A DNA stretch of 64,000 nt from Blepharisma stoltei ATCC 30299 (taxonomy: Eukaryota; Protista; Ciliophora): contig CBFDEM010000004.1 of NCBI GenBank assembly GCA_965603825.1, positions 248,001-312,000 on the forward strand. Direction: 5' to 3'. Shown here piece after piece: positions 1-12,914 of this stretch. Made by a program: the position numbers and the translations under genes. Positions within the stretch are counted from its first letter, which is position 1. Each line of letters opens with the position of its first letter. The notes beneath the pieces are model-generated. The model made no database searches and was not told the DNA's origin. It saw only the letters and a list, made by a program, of their open reading frames with translations.

Positions 1-785
1 AGTTCAGCGAGTTGGACTGAGCATGAGGGGTCGATATCTATTGCTATATAATTAATTGCTGAATACCTTAATACATAAGCAAGTTTTAAAATCACTGCTT
101 CATTTTTCGTTAACTGCCCGCTTGAATTTTCTTTTAAGGGAGCTGGGCCTTCAAAAGCTACCCCACTCATATGAATAGTTGTCAAAGCTCTGTTTATTGT
201 CAGCATTTCAAGCATAGATACAACAAAATCAAAGGATAGCGGGTTGTTTGAAATTCCTATTGTGCTTATTGTATCATTTTTCGTCAGCGCTAAAGGGATC
301 TGAGAGTTCGATATATTATTTGAGTCCAAAATAAGGGTGCTTATAGATGTGTTATTCTCTATAATTTCACATATGAAAGTTGAGTAATCGTCTGTTATGT
401 GGTTATTTGAAAGATCAAGATGCATCAATGAAGCATTCATTCGGAGGGATTGAGATAATAATGAGAGGGAATGGTTCTCTTGGAACTTGTTTGATTTTAA
501 TACGAGTTTTTTCAGTGAAAAATTTGAAGAGAGGTAGGTAGACAGTTTTGTTAATAACGATACAGTTAGGATTTGGCCTGTGATAATAAGATCGGTGAAA
601 AATTCTAAGTTGCATTTGAGTAGATGGAAAACTGCTTGAAGGTGCTCTTCATGCTGGGAATTTATTGAAGATTCAGAAATAGAGACTGTGCTGTATCTTC
701 TTGATATAGCATTGTTAATATCAGCGATAGGATTTATCTTGAATTTCTGGCAAATGAGTTGATACTCGTTAGTATCGCCTTCCAT
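1..785 (-). CDS. Leucine-rich repeat (RNI-like) protein, 3' end runs off the window
   Basis: ATG at 785 (minus) opens a stop-free frame to base 1: MEGDTNEY...LSQSLRMNASLMHLDLSNNHITDDYSTFICEIIENNTSISTLILDSNNISN..., i.e. LxxLxLxxNxI repeats. Absent from the ORF track, presumably because no stop lies in the window. Confidence 0.75.
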   Translation of the reverse strand, partial: MEGDTNEYQLICQKFKINPIADINNAISRRYSTVSISESSINSQHEEHLQAVFHLLKCNLEFFTDLIITGQILTVSLLTKLSTYLSSNFSLKKLVLKSNKFQENHSLSLLSQSLRMNASLMHLDLSNNHITDDYSTFICEIIENNTSISTLILDSNNISNSQIPLALTKNDTISTIGISNNPLSFDFVVSMLEMLTINRALTTIHMSGVAFEGPAPLKENSSGQLTKNEAVILKLAYVLRYSAINYIAIDIDPSCSVQLAE

Positions 786-1107
786 TTAAATTTTGAAATG
801 AATAAGTTGATTTCTTATCATTTTCCACAATGACCCATAAAATAAATATTTAAAATATAAGCTATTTATGATGCTGAGTAGTTAAAAACTTAAAGATTTT
901 GTTAGAAAATTAATTAATTAAGCAACAATTTAATAATAAAATCTGTGATCGAAAATGATTATATACTTGTTGCCTTTTTTAATGGCTTCATCAGATTCAT
1001 ATTAAAAAATTTCTTGTCTATGTATTATCCGTTAAGTCCTTGTAGGATTGTCTCTAGCATTAAATGATAATGACGCATTTGCATTTTCGCAATGCCAGCC
1101 ATAAAAT

Positions 1108-2379
1108 ATGAAAGAAGTTGGAGTGCAAACTCAGTCAGGAGACAGTGCGGGACCCAGAGTGTTCTCTAAGACTCCTATCCCTGAGTTCGAATTCCCTCAA
1201 ATTCTATATTCTTCACACACAGTCCTATGGCTCCTTATAGCTGTTGGCATACTTGGCTATTTCACATTCTTAAGAGATGATTCAGATTCCTTATTAAACC
1301 AGCGCCAAGGTTTTTTGGGACTTATCCTTGTCTTTATTTTTACTTGTGGAGTCCAGCTACCAGATTCAGGCTTTTTTTCCCGTCCTCATCCGGTATTTTG
1401 GAGGATGCTTCAAGGTGTTGGCTTATGCTATTTCACAATGCTAGTTTACCTTCTCTTTCAGAATCTTGATGATTCTCGCCAACTGCTTACATTTTTAGAC
1501 CCTAAACTAGGGAAATCTTTACCAGATAAAAACTATGCTGACGACTGCAGAATTTATACACCCGAACACCCTGAATCAATTTTTTATAATATAAAGGATT
1601 GCTTTTTTGACATATATATTCCAGCTCATGCACTTGGATGGTTTTTTAAGATGATTATTATAAGAGATATGAAACTCTGCTGAATTTTAAGTGTTTTCTT
1701 TGAATTCTTAGAGCTTACTTTGAAGTTTCAAATACCTAACTTTGCTGAATGCTGGTGGGATAGCTTGATTTTTGACATTATTTTATGCAATGGAGGTGGA
1801 ATTTATCTTGGATATCTTACATGCAGATTTTTTCAAATGAAAGAGTTTTTCTGGGGCATTGGGGAAGATAAAAGAAGTGCTACTGGACGCTTTTCGGCAT
1901 TGTCAAGGACTGCTTCCCAGCTTACCCCTCACTCCTGGCTCTCTTTTAATTGGGAAATGTTTGGATCCTGCAAAAATTTTATTACTACAATATGGCTAGT
2001 GATTTTTGTAAGCGCTACAGATCTAAGTAATTTTTATTTGAAATTTATTTTATGGATCCCAGCAGATCACTGAATATTAGTTATTAGAGTCTTTTTTGTA
2101 GCATTTTATGCGATGGTATCAATTGAAGAATATTTTGAATATGTTTCTTCTGGGTTTAGACTAAGGCTAGGCACGAATTCTTGGCTTGCACATATGACTG
2201 TGTTCACAGAGTGGATGATAATCCTCAAGCATTCTCAAGGAATGTTTGTAGAGCCAATGCCTTACTGGCTGCAAATCGCTTGAACTGGAATCGGATGCTT
2301 TGTTGTGTCAAGCGCTCTATGCTTATTTTATTCAGATATAAGCAAGAAAAATTCAGATAAAGTTAAATCAGTCCAGTAG
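1108..2379 (+). CDS. Phosphatidylserine synthase (PTDSS1/2 base-exchange type), 423 aa
   Basis: Motifs F.RPHPVFWR, LDPKLG..LP.K.YA..C, H.LGWF.K, PNFAECWWDSLIFD, LKFILWIP. One frame through TGA(Trp) at 1681, 2071 and 2281; ends TAG 2377-2379. Confidence 0.93.
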
Positions 2380-2595
2380 TTATTAATCACATAAATAAGA
2401 CACGATTATAAATTAATAAAAAATATATGTATTAATAATCCTAAAATCATCTCTAAATGCACTTAATGCAATTTAGTTCTCTTTCTTTATTAACAGCCAA
2501 TTCAAATTATTTCGTTAAAGAGCATAAATGGAAACTGCTTAGAGATTAAGAAACCGCTTAGAATATGAATTAATTATGTAATATAATTATTAAGT

Positions 2596-2895
2596 ATGAG
2601 TTTCCAAACTACTGACTCCAAAAAAGAAGAATACAGAAAATATTTAGAGAAGAGTGGAGTTATTGATCAATTAACCCGCGTTCTTGTAGGACTATACGAA
2701 GAACCTGAAAAACCATCAAATGCCATTGAGTAACTTTTACCTAGTTTTATAAAGCGATACCTGGGAACCCCCTCTGACATTGATACTGAAACTTTAAGAG
2801 CCGAATATGAAGCTTTAAAAGAAAGAAACGCTCAGCTTGAAAGAGAAGTGGAAGAACTTCGACAGGAACTAGAGAATATCAGGCCTAGTGATTAA
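2596..2895 (+). CDS. MYCBP: c-Myc-binding protein (AMY-1) homolog, 94 aa, one 15-nt intron
   Basis: DSKKEEYRKYLEKSGVIDQLTRVLVGLYEEPEKPSNAIDFIKRYLG after removing intron 2730-2744. Not in the ORF track. Confidence 0.92.
2730..2744 (+). other. 15-nt spliceosomal intron
   Basis: gtaacttttacctag contains an in-frame TAA; removal restores MYCBP NAIDFIK. Confidence 0.92.
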
Positions 2896-2926
2896 GTTTA
2901 ACATTAATTTAATCAGATAATAATAA

Positions 2927-3802
2927 ATGATAGGAAATATTCTTCTAAACATAGGAGACATCCCAGCTCAGCCTGGAATTCAAGGGTATATCGAAGTTAT
3001 TAATGGAGAAAATCTTGTAGCTCAAGCCAAAGAAGCGGCAACCGCTACGACGGGCTTAATTCTTAAGCCCTATAGCATCTATACATTTATAAACTGCTTT
3101 TCAGAAGAAGGGGCCGAGCTTGTAAAGGCCCGTTTATCTGAAGTTAGTTCTAAACCTTGGTCAGAATCTAACCCAGAAGTATTTTTTGGATTTTTTGATT
3201 CGTATCTTGGACCTAAGTCAGAGCTGGGCATTTCTGTTCATGGAGCCAAAGTTCTAATTTATGCATCTCCAAGGCAAAAGTATATAAAAGATGATAGTGA
3301 CGAAGAAGAATTCGAGCAGAATGACCAGAAAATTAATATAGAATTCAGTATTGGTCATGAAATTGGAACTATTCTTGCAAGTGAAAATAAAATAATAGAT
3401 GCTCTCAATGCCTTAAGACTTAGAATTTCTTATAGTCGAGTGTCTTTATTTTCTGAAGAACTGCTAAATCGAATTTATGAACTATTTTTTGCTGAAGACA
3501 GCGAAGTATTTGGATTTACTAAAATCCCTCTAACTTTAATGGAAAGCGGAGATCTTCAATTAAATTTCAAGTCTGCAAGTGAATTGCCTGATTATTGAAA
3601 AGATAAGGCTAGAAAATTTGTTGAAAATGAAGAGTTTTTTAATAATGATATAAAAATCTTATGCCCTCAAATATTGACTTGTTTAGGAGAGCTTGCTGAG
3701 CATACTACAGGGGAATTAGATGCATTTTGGTCAACCAATAGCAAATTTCAAAAACTTAAAATTTATCCAGGTGGCCTTTTCCGTGGTTTTGTGCATTATT
3801 AA
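2927..3802 (+). CDS. Hypothetical protein, 291 aa
   Basis: ORF-track frame continues through TGA 3596-3598 to TAA 3800-3802. No family recognised. Confidence 0.7.
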
Positions 3803-3899
3803 GTATTTTAAATAATCCTTAAAAAATTGATTCTATTAGCCCAGTCAAATATGAAAGATTATAATTTACCGTAAGATTCGAATTTTCATTAAAAGTCAC

Positions 3900-4712
3900 A
3901 TGCTACCTGCCCGAGCCAACTTCAACACCGACACACAGATACTGAACTCTTTAAAAGCACTTTTAAACAACTACACAACACTTAAAGCTGCTCTTTCCTC
4001 TAATAAATTTCAAACACCTACAAAAGAAAAACAGTTAGACAGCTCTAATGCATCTATCCTGGAATGCTTGTCTACTGACTCAGAAGCCTCTTTTCTGTCC
4101 CAAGCTGAGTCTACTTCTAAACCTTCTAAATCAAAGCTTAAGCTTGGAAAGCCCCTTTTAATTCACAATTTAACAGATCGATATTATTCTATAGACCAAT
4201 GCTGGACAATTGATTTAGTTTTTTCAGAAATCTACTCTAATTACAAAAAAACCACCTATGTCAGATCTTTATCAGGCGACCAGGAGGTTCATATTGTCGC
4301 TATTCGACAGTTTTTTCTAGATTGCTACGTTTGTGATCAGTTTTTTTTAAACATGTTAATGAGTCCTATATCAAATCTTATATGAGTAAAAAATGAAGAT
4401 TTTTTTAAGGCTATCGAAGGAGCTAATAAAAATTCGCCTTATTTCCTGTCAATAAAAAAATTCGGAAAAGAAAGAAAAAGAATTTTCCAGCTACAAAGAA
4501 TGTTATGTAAGATTTATATAGTTTTCTTTTGTTTTGTGGAATACGAAACTGGCAAAAACCTCGGAAGAGAGAGTTTATTAAAAGTCCTTGATATGGTTGA
4601 AAGAAGAATTAAACCACAGCTAGAAATGTGGGTAGATTTAATAATGAAGAAAGCTCAAAGGCCAAAAGAAAAATTGAGCTTTGAAGATTTCAAGTCTATT
4701 ATCATTGGTTAG
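3900..4712 (+). CDS. Hypothetical protein, 270 aa
   Basis: ORFs 3900-4385 and 4500-4712 share a frame and are separated only by TGA 4383-4385. Confidence 0.7.
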
Positions 4713-4740
4713 ATTTCTAGATAAATAATCGCATAAATAA

Positions 4741-5181
4741 ATGTTTGATCAAGACCCACCTTTTGTAGTTGGAAACGATTATCACACAGCAAAGGAAAAA
4801 CGAATTATCAAAAAAATGCTTTTCAATGAAGCCAAAGCTAATTTTTCGAATTTAAGCACTTTTCGCATGTCTTATTATCAATGTGTGCATTCAGCTCTTG
4901 CTGATCAGGGGCTGCAAGGCAAAGAACTTGATAAAAGAATCCTTCAATGCAAAATCCCAGTAGAAGAAGTAAAAAATTATATTGATAGGACAAACCAACA
5001 TGCAAGAATCAAGGTAAAGCGATGCATTAAATCTAAGAGAGATTGAGAAAGACAATGGGGTGGAGATCTTGCTAAAGAAGAAATAGATGAATGGGAGTGC
5101 ATAAATAGATATCATAGACGATATTTATATTACTATCCAGGTATCCGAGACAAACTAGTAAACAAAATAAACATAACATAA
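4741..5181 (+). CDS. Small helical Cys-containing protein, possibly FAM136A/DUF842-like, 146 aa
   Basis: Frame continues through TGA 5044-5046 to TAA 5179-5181. Spacing of C...I..C..P...RC...C...P resembles FAM136A. The CDS is solid; the family call is tentative. Confidence 0.5.
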
Positions 5182-5194
5182 TATAAAATCCAAA

Positions 5195-6949
5195 ATGCAA
5201 TCTCCTGTAAAGTCCCTATCAAATTCTAATAAAATTCCTAGCCATCCACCATCAGTTAGCGGTGGTTCCAGCATGCTTGAGCAAGAAGGAGGTGAAAGCA
5301 TTCGCGTTTGTATCCGAATCAGGCCTCTAAATCAGCGAGAATCAAGCACTGGCAACTCCAGCTGCATAGATGTTCAAAATCCTAAGAATTTACTACTGAA
5401 GATGAAAGGAGGAATGAGAAATTACACTTTTCATCATATTTTTGATGTGGATGCACAGCAAGGAGAAGTGTTTTCTGAAACTGGGGTGCACTCGTTACTA
5501 GACAGTGCTCTCGAAGGTTACTCTTGTACAGCTTTCGCTTATGGGCAAACTGGAAGTGGGAAAACTTATAGCATGGCTGGGGTAGAAGAAAGATTTGGCC
5601 GCCAAGACTATACTTCAGATGAAACTGATGGAATTATCCCTAGGGCAATTTCCTATGTATGACAAAGGATGGCATCACGGCAAGAAAGATACTTCGTAAA
5701 ATCAGGATTTTTTGAAATTTATAACGAACAAGTCAGAGATCTGCTAAACCCAAGCTCTGGGGTGTTGCACTGCAGGTGAAATGCTAAGCAAGGGTTTTTT
5801 GTGGAAGAGCTAATGATAGTTGACTGCACAAACATTGATGATCTAATTGCAGTTTTGCATGAAGGGATGAAAAACAGAAAAAGCGGAAGCCATGAATTAA
5901 ACGCTGATTCTTCTAGGTCTCATTCTATTTTGATGATTTATTTTATTAGTGAAATTACTTCTGAAGACGGCCATAGTTTTAAAAGATACGGAAAAATGTA
6001 CTTTGTAGACTTAGCAGGAAGCGAGAGACTAAAAGAAACAAAAAGCCAAGGGGATATGCTGAATGAAACAAAAAATATAAATAAATCGCTATTTACTTTG
6101 GGAAAAGTAATTTCTGCACTTGGAGACAAGAAAAATAGAGGACTGAAGCCACATGTGCCTTATCGTGATTCAAAACTTACAATGGTCCTGATGGACTCAT
6201 TAGGGGGGTCATCGAGAGCTATTATGATAGCTTGCGTTTCACCTGCAAATGCGTATATTGAAGAAACAACGAGCACCTTAAATTATGCGACAAGAGCTAT
6301 GAACATACAGAATAAACCCCTTCTTCAAGTAGATAATAGTGAATACCTTATACTAAATCTCAGAAGAGAAGCCCAATTACTTAAACTCGAAAACGAGTAC
6401 TTAAAAGAACAATTAGCAAGAGCTCAAGGCGGGCTTCCACCTATGATGGTCGATTTTGCTAATTCCTATAATGAGTCGCCAAACGACCCAGTCTTGCAAG
6501 AATTTCATTTTGAAATTAACAAGCTAAGAGAAGAAAACGCCAAATTAAGAGAAACTAAAGAAGAAGCAGAAAAGAGCTACCATCAATCTATGATTGATAA
6601 CCAAAGTATGCATATAAAATTAGAAAATTTAGAATATTCATTTGTAGGCTCTACCAAGACAAGTGAAAACCCATCATCAGGCGTTTCGCAAGAGTACACC
6701 ATAAGCACTCTATTAAACGAAAACGCAAACTTAAAGAAAAGAATGAATGCCCTACAAGAAGAACAAATACAAATGCAGTTTAAGCTTGGAGAGGCAACAC
6801 CTGCTGTTCCACCACAAGAAGAAATTCAGCAGCTGAGAGAATATAATGAACAAATGATGAAAAGAGTTGAAGCTTTACAAGCGAGAGAAAGAGAGCTTTT
6901 AGACCATTTAATGAAAGCACAAAGAGGGAGGACACCAAAACCAAAATAG
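5195..6949 (+). CDS. Kinesin motor protein, KIF12-like, 584 aa
   Basis: IRVCIRIRP, AYGQTGSGKT, EIYNEQVRDLL, SSRSH, VDLAGSE, HVPYRDSKLT. TGA at 5660 and 5777; the second gives CR-W-NAKQGFFVEEL, as in KIF12-type motors. C-terminal coiled coil. Confidence 0.93.
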
Positions 6950-6999
6950 AGTCTAAAAAATTTTTTAAATTATCCAAATTTTCATGTGTATTATCAAGT

Positions 7000-8397
7000 T
7001 TAATTTTGATCCAGTCTTAATTGCAAAAGTTTATTAATTTTTGCAACAATTTCTGCAGCAGTAAGCGATGAAGCAGTTTCATACATTTTTGATTTAAGGC
7101 TGCCATTTTCTATATACTCAAGCATAAAGCATTTTAAATTTTGTTCCTGCTCTATCCGTTTAACATTTTCAATAGGGATTTCTGGATGGTGTGCAATTTT
7201 TTTAAAAATTCCTTGGATTTTATTAATATAAACCTTTCGCTGCTTTGAAGTCTGCTTTCTTAAAAGTTTAGCTTGAGACTCTGTCATGTTATAAATCCTT
7301 AACTGATCAATTCCCATTATGCGTCTTTGTCTTTTGCCTCGAGAATTTTCTTTGATAACCTCGTACTCCTTATAAGCACAGACTTGGGCTTTGCTCATAT
7401 TGAATAATGATTCGTCATATTTTACATTAGTATTATCAAAATATTCTCCTGCAGGACTGACAACAGTACTAGTTTCTGGGGTATCTGCGAATACTTTTTT
7501 AGTCAAAAATAATTCATTTGTATTAAGGGTTTGTATTTCCATATCCATATTTACTTCGCATTCTTCATAATCTTGGTCATTGTTCGTTATTTTAATTTTA
7601 AAACAGTAATCATTAGGATTTATATATATAGAGTTATTTGGCAATAAATTTAGCTCCATAAAAATATCATACAGATTTGAGTTCGGAGTTTTATCTAAAT
7701 CAAAATTTTTATTTTCAAATCAAATTCTTATTTTTTCTTGTGGGATATCTGATTGGCTTGAGGATAAGTTTATATTTTTAGATTCTGTAATTGCAAGCAT
7801 ATCTACTGAAAAATCTTCCAAAGTTTTATCAAGAGGAATAGGGAGATCTTTATCAGGTTCTAGCGTAAAATCTTCAACTAATCATAGTTCATAGCCTTCT
7901 ATGCGGTTTCCGTGCTTTAAGGGTATTTTACTGTTCCTTTTTTGTAATTCATTTAATATTTTTTTGATAATTGTTTTAAAAGTTAAAGACTTCTCAACTT
8001 TTATTAGCAAAAATTCCTTTGTTCCAAAAAGATAAACCTTTACATCTTGATTTCCTTCAAATTTTTCCTCAGCTTCTTCTGTTTGAAGAGCTTGAGTTAG
8101 GATAGATACTTTTTTAGGAATTGTTTCTGACTTGTAACTATCATCTTGCTCAAACTGCATTATTGTATTTTCTTCTTCAGTTTCATTATCATTAGGTTTT
8201 GGGACTGGACTTGGTGGTTCATCACCTCTTTTTTTGATTTGTTCGCCTTCATTATTAATGTCTATCTCATTCCTCATTGTTTCCAGAAACATACAATGAA
8301 TATACTCAATTTCTTCAGGCTTGATTTTTGACATATTTTCTGGCTTTTTAAAAATTTTAAGCTGTTTGATTACACTCGAGTTTTCAGATAATTCCAT
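7000..8397 (-). CDS. SIN1/Avo1-like TORC2 subunit (CRIM-like + C-terminal PH-like), 465 aa
   Basis: Joined through TGA 7882-7884 and 7720-7722. VKVYLF...GYEL-W-LVEDFTLEPDKDLPIPLD..LEDFSVDMLAI resembles SIN1 CRIM; YKEYEVIKENSRGKRQRRIMGIDQLRIYN resembles SIN1 PH. True ATG at 8397. Confidence 0.65.
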
Positions 8398-8432
8398 ATT
8401 ATAATGCAAATGCTGACTCTGTATCTATTAAA

Positions 8433-9215
8433 ATGGCTTCATCTTCTCAACTGTCGTCTCATCCAGCATCAAAGCATAGGAGAACTCATTCTCCATTCAC
8501 ATCTGATATTTCATTCATATCAAGGGAATATGAAGACCCTTCAGTTGCCGCCTCAACTGAAACCTCGTTTCTTAAGAGTCCATTAAGGCCCACTTATAGT
8601 GAAACAAGGCAAACTGAAAATTATTCTGAAAATGAATTTAGTGTATTTACCCCTGAAAAGCAGGCTGAAGATAAAAGAGTTATGGATTCTCCAAAGTTTA
8701 CGGATCTGCAAGAAGATTTAGCTGAATTTTTGAAAACACTTGGAATTGAGGAGTATTTTGAAGTATTTCTTAAAAATAAAATTGGGATTGAAGATATTGA
8801 AAATTTAACAAAAGAAGATTTAATTGATATGGGGATACCTTTAGGGCCAAGAAATAAAATATTGAGAGCCCTGCAGGAATTGAATAAACCTCATGAAATT
8901 TATGAGGAAAAAAGCAAAGACAATATTAATACTAGAGAAAAACTGAAAGGCGAAATCGATAGCTTTATGAATGAAATCAATGATTTGGCAAAAAAATCAA
9001 AAGATAAGTCGATTGAAAGAAGAAAAACAATGGTCAGGGAAGAGTTTTTGAACCTCGCACAAAAAAAAGAACTTATTATGGATAGGATTCTAAAAAATTC
9101 GGAGATAATTCAACTTCTTATGGAAAAGATTGAAACTAAGCTACAAAAAACACCAAAGCCAAAACGCTTGGGTAGCTTGAATTTAGATCTGATAAAGCTA
9201 AAAATAAATAATTAA
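8433..9215 (+). CDS. SAM-domain protein, 260 aa
   Basis: DLAEFLKTLGIEEYFEVFLKNKIGIEDIENLTKEDLIDMGIPLGPRNKILRAL is a classic SAM domain. Confidence 0.85.
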   Translation: MASSSQLSSHPASKHRRTHSPFTSDISFISREYEDPSVAASTETSFLKSPLRPTYSETRQTENYSENEFSVFTPEKQAEDKRVMDSPKFTDLQEDLAEFLKTLGIEEYFEVFLKNKIGIEDIENLTKEDLIDMGIPLGPRNKILRALQELNKPHEIYEEKSKDNINTREKLKGEIDSFMNEINDLAKKSKDKSIERRKTMVREEFLNLAQKKELIMDRILKNSEIIQLLMEKIETKLQKTPKPKRLGSLNLDLIKLKINN

Positions 9216-9225
9216 CTGCTAATAT

Positions 9226-11859
9226 TTATATAAGCATATTACGGCTCTTAGTCGGTATCGTTAAAGTAGCTTTTTTCTTTACAGTTTTACGAGTTTTGCC
9301 TGACCCTAAGTAAAGGTTTCTCCTCTCCATCACTTCTTTTACAACATAATCCTCCATCTGCTGGACTATTTCATCATATTTCTTCAGCTTATCCTCTCTA
9401 AATGAAAAAGTCCCTGACAAATTATTGCTGCTAGCTGTTGAAAATTTGCTCGGCTTTTTTCTGATTTTAAATTCAAAATTTTTTCTCGACCGATTTGATA
9501 AAAATTCGTCAACAGTAGAAAAAACATCCTCATTTGATGGGCTTAATAATGACAAATCTTTGCTACTCATAAAGCCCGCATATTCGTTTTTACCAGTTTT
9601 TGCAGCAAATTTTTCTATAGGCGACACTGATCGGCTTGGAGATGTGCTTCTTAAGGTTCTCATGCCTTGTTTAGCTACTGTATCGTTCATTTTAAAAATT
9701 TCAGTTTTTGTGAGGTGGGGGGAATAATAATCATCAAGCTCGAAATATTTTCCAAATGTTTCGTTAAGTTTTTCATTTATTCCGAATAGTTCCATTCATT
9801 GAGGAGGCAGTGTATCTATTGTCATATAATGATCTTCAGTAAAATATACATCGTATTTCTTTGTTAAAGGGACTTTGATATCTTTACTTGACATTAATTT
9901 ATCGTAACTTAAGCAAACCATTAAAGTTAGGCTGCATTGTTCGTTACAATCTTTATCAAATAGTTCCATTTGCTTCTTCTCTAATAATGCATTTCCAAAT
10001 GGTAGAGAGCTTGGGAAGTCTTTAAATATTTTTCCATTACTTTTTGCAACAAGAGGATCATCATATTTTGGCCCTTCAGTGATTTTTATTCCAACTCCAA
10101 AATTCTTCAAAAAATTTTTTAGAGTTTTTTCTGGGTTATAAAATATATAATGCATCCTCATAAAATTTATTGGGATTACTCCTTCATTTTCTTTATCAGA
10201 ATTCCAGGCAATCTGCGCTGATGTAACAAAATCACCGAAGCAAAAATGGATATGCAAATTTGTTATACTTGATAATTTACTGACTTCGATTAAATTCACT
10301 GCATAGAGCAGAATTCTAAGCTGAGCTAACTGTTTTGGCAAAAACGGCAGCTGTACACTTAAATCTGCATCCTCTTCAAATCCAATTTCTTTAACAGGTA
10401 TGCTTAATATAGAAGCAAAAGCTTGCTCTGCTTCAATTAACTCAAATTCACTCGAAATCAGCGTATAGCAAAACTCACAGATTCTTACACTTTGGGATAA
10501 CAAGTCATTATTAGTAACTTTTAAATGCGAAGTGTCTCAAGGCAACTTTCTTCTCTGTGTCACATGATTTTTGAATAGCAAAAGTACTCTTACTGAAACT
10601 AAATTAGACAACTCATAATTAGGATAAAATAGTTTGCATAGTTTGCAGTGCACAAAACTGTTTACTTTTTTTGTCTTTTCTTTAGCTTGAGGAGGAACTA
10701 TTTTATGCTTATTATCAGGATCTGGCTGCAGATGGGTTTCTGGCCATCACTCTTTGACAGGTTTTAAACTATTCGGTATTGTACTTTCATCAACAATTAT
10801 TTTTTTGCAGGAGGAACATCAGATAATACCATTCAAATCTCTTATAAAATCCAGGACAATCTCTTGAATTCGTATATTATAACCCTTATTTAAATAAATT
10901 ACAATTTTTTCTGCTTCAGTTTCATAAGGACGTAGAGCTGCTCCTGATTGTTTAAATACTTCTAAACCTTCAGGATTAGCAGTATCACAAGCGTATTTTT
11001 GTAAATTTGGCTCCATTTCAAACTCTTCTGAATTTATGCTGTTAATAAAATAAGCAAAATTCGCTTTATTCGATTTTTGGCTTGCATAATAATAAAGCCG
11101 AATTGTGCATGGTCTAGCACCTGTACATTTTATAAATCGCTGCAGCATGGAGTATGGAGATGTTTCATTTCCTATCATTTTTAGCTCGAATTGGTTTCAA
11201 TCAAGGATTATTCTCTGCATATTTTGCTCGTGGTCAGTATGTCCTCTCATAATGACAGCAATTTTGTCATAAGCGCTTTCCTCTTTTGGGTTTCTGTAGT
11301 TAAAAATTATGTTTTTGTATCTAAAGCAGTTTATTTCTGTTGTGCATGATAATTTGCCATTGGAGTCTGTTGATAAGTAATAGACCTTATCAGTGTAATA
11401 CAAAGTTTCAGGAATATTTATGCTTAAAGTGTTTATATGTACTCTAGGAGCTTTCATTAAGCTTTCAATAAAAAAAAATCCAGGCTTCACTGGAAGATTT
11501 TTATAGTAGTTTTTTGAAGGCAATTCAACATTTAATAGAAGTCTTGCCTTATCATATTTTCTGAAAATCAATTCTTCCTGATGTGGTGTCAGAGTGCGAG
11601 CTAAGCCAGGCTTATCAACATGAAGCTGCCTTTTCATTTTTTCTTGTTTTCATTTTCAAAATCGTGCTTGCTCTTCTAAAATTTGAGCATGTTCCCAAGC
11701 TGTTCCTTCTTCATTTTCAAAATTGCTGATTTTGAATGATTCTTTCATTTGGTCTTTAATATAGCTGTCAAGGTATTTATCTGATTTCTTTTTGTGAGAC
11801 TTCTTGTTAGAGGGTGTTGGCAAAGACGGCTTTGATTTCTTTTGTTTATTCATTTGCAT
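9226..11859 (-). CDS. Uncharacterised 877-aa protein with split CxxC...CxxC zinc motif
   Basis: Five ORF-track fragments are one frame joined by seven TGA codons; contains HCKLCK...RICEFCY; ends TAA 9226-9228. Confidence 0.75.
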
Positions 11860-12132
11860 AAATATGTTTTAAAAGGAGTTACAGTGAAACAAATTAAGGC
11901 ACAGAACAAAGGATCAAATTCATATTTTGTTTATATTTATTTTTGGTTTTATTGCTGATCGATAGATAGCCATAGGCAGTACAAAAATATTATTTGCTAT
12001 TAATAAAATAAATAAGTATATTATATAGCAGCACAGTAGAAAATTCGTGTATTAAAATAAAATTGCACCAAATGGAAGATAGCCTTTTTCTTAAATTTAG
12101 CAGATGATTAGTTTGAATATAAATTACTCAAT

Positions 12133-12894
12133 CTACATTGAGAGAAAAATGGATGGGGATGGAGTTCCAGTAATATTCTCTTGGTTGCTTTGGAAATAAA
12201 TTTGGTTCCACATCGTGACCCCATCTCTATACCCTTGCGGCAGTTGCCGAAACCCAAACATTTTCATTTGAGGACTCAAAGTTTCTGGCTTCATCCCATC
12301 TCGCATCATAGCCGGTGACATTCTTATCCCTGGGTGTCCTTTTTCTTGCTTTTGCTTATATATTAAGCTCACAGGATCAGCTCCTGGTGACATTTTTTCG
12401 CTTTTCTTAATAAGACTTTTCCATCTATTTTTTACACTATTTTCAGTCCTTCCAGTTAATCCTCTTGCAATTTCGCTTCATTTATTCCCGATTACTTTTT
12501 GCTGCTCAAGTATATAAATATCTTCTTCAGAAGTCCATTCGCCTTTTCTCAGGCTGGGGTCTAAATGGTTGTACCAATGTTCGCGACATTGACGACCATT
12601 TCTTACTTCAACTTTTTGGTGCATGACCGAGTTAAGTTCTTTCGCAATCGAGCTTCACCCTTTGAGACCCCGAGCTTCGACGATGCGATATAATGCAACA
12701 TCTTCATTAAGTGACCAAGTACTAGACTTCATGCTGTCAAACCTTGATTCTGCTGGTGCAATTGGTTGGAGCAAAGGTCTGAAATCCTGACCATTTGCGC
12801 TTAAAATACAAGGAACGTAGAATACGTCCCCTTCTATGTGTAGAATCAAAGGAGTAGATTTTTGTGCTGAGTTCTGCACAGCAATGTTTTCCAT
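12133..12894 (-). CDS. R2R3-type Myb transcription factor, 253 aa
   Basis: WSLNED...KG[TGA]SSIAK...RNGRQCREHWYNHLDPSLRKGEWTSEED...GNK[TGA]SEIARGLTGRTENSVKNRW. TGA at 12655-12657 and 12478-12480 occupy invariant Myb Trp positions. Confidence 0.95.
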
Positions 12895-12914
12895 GTTAAA
12901 TAGTATTATTAAGA

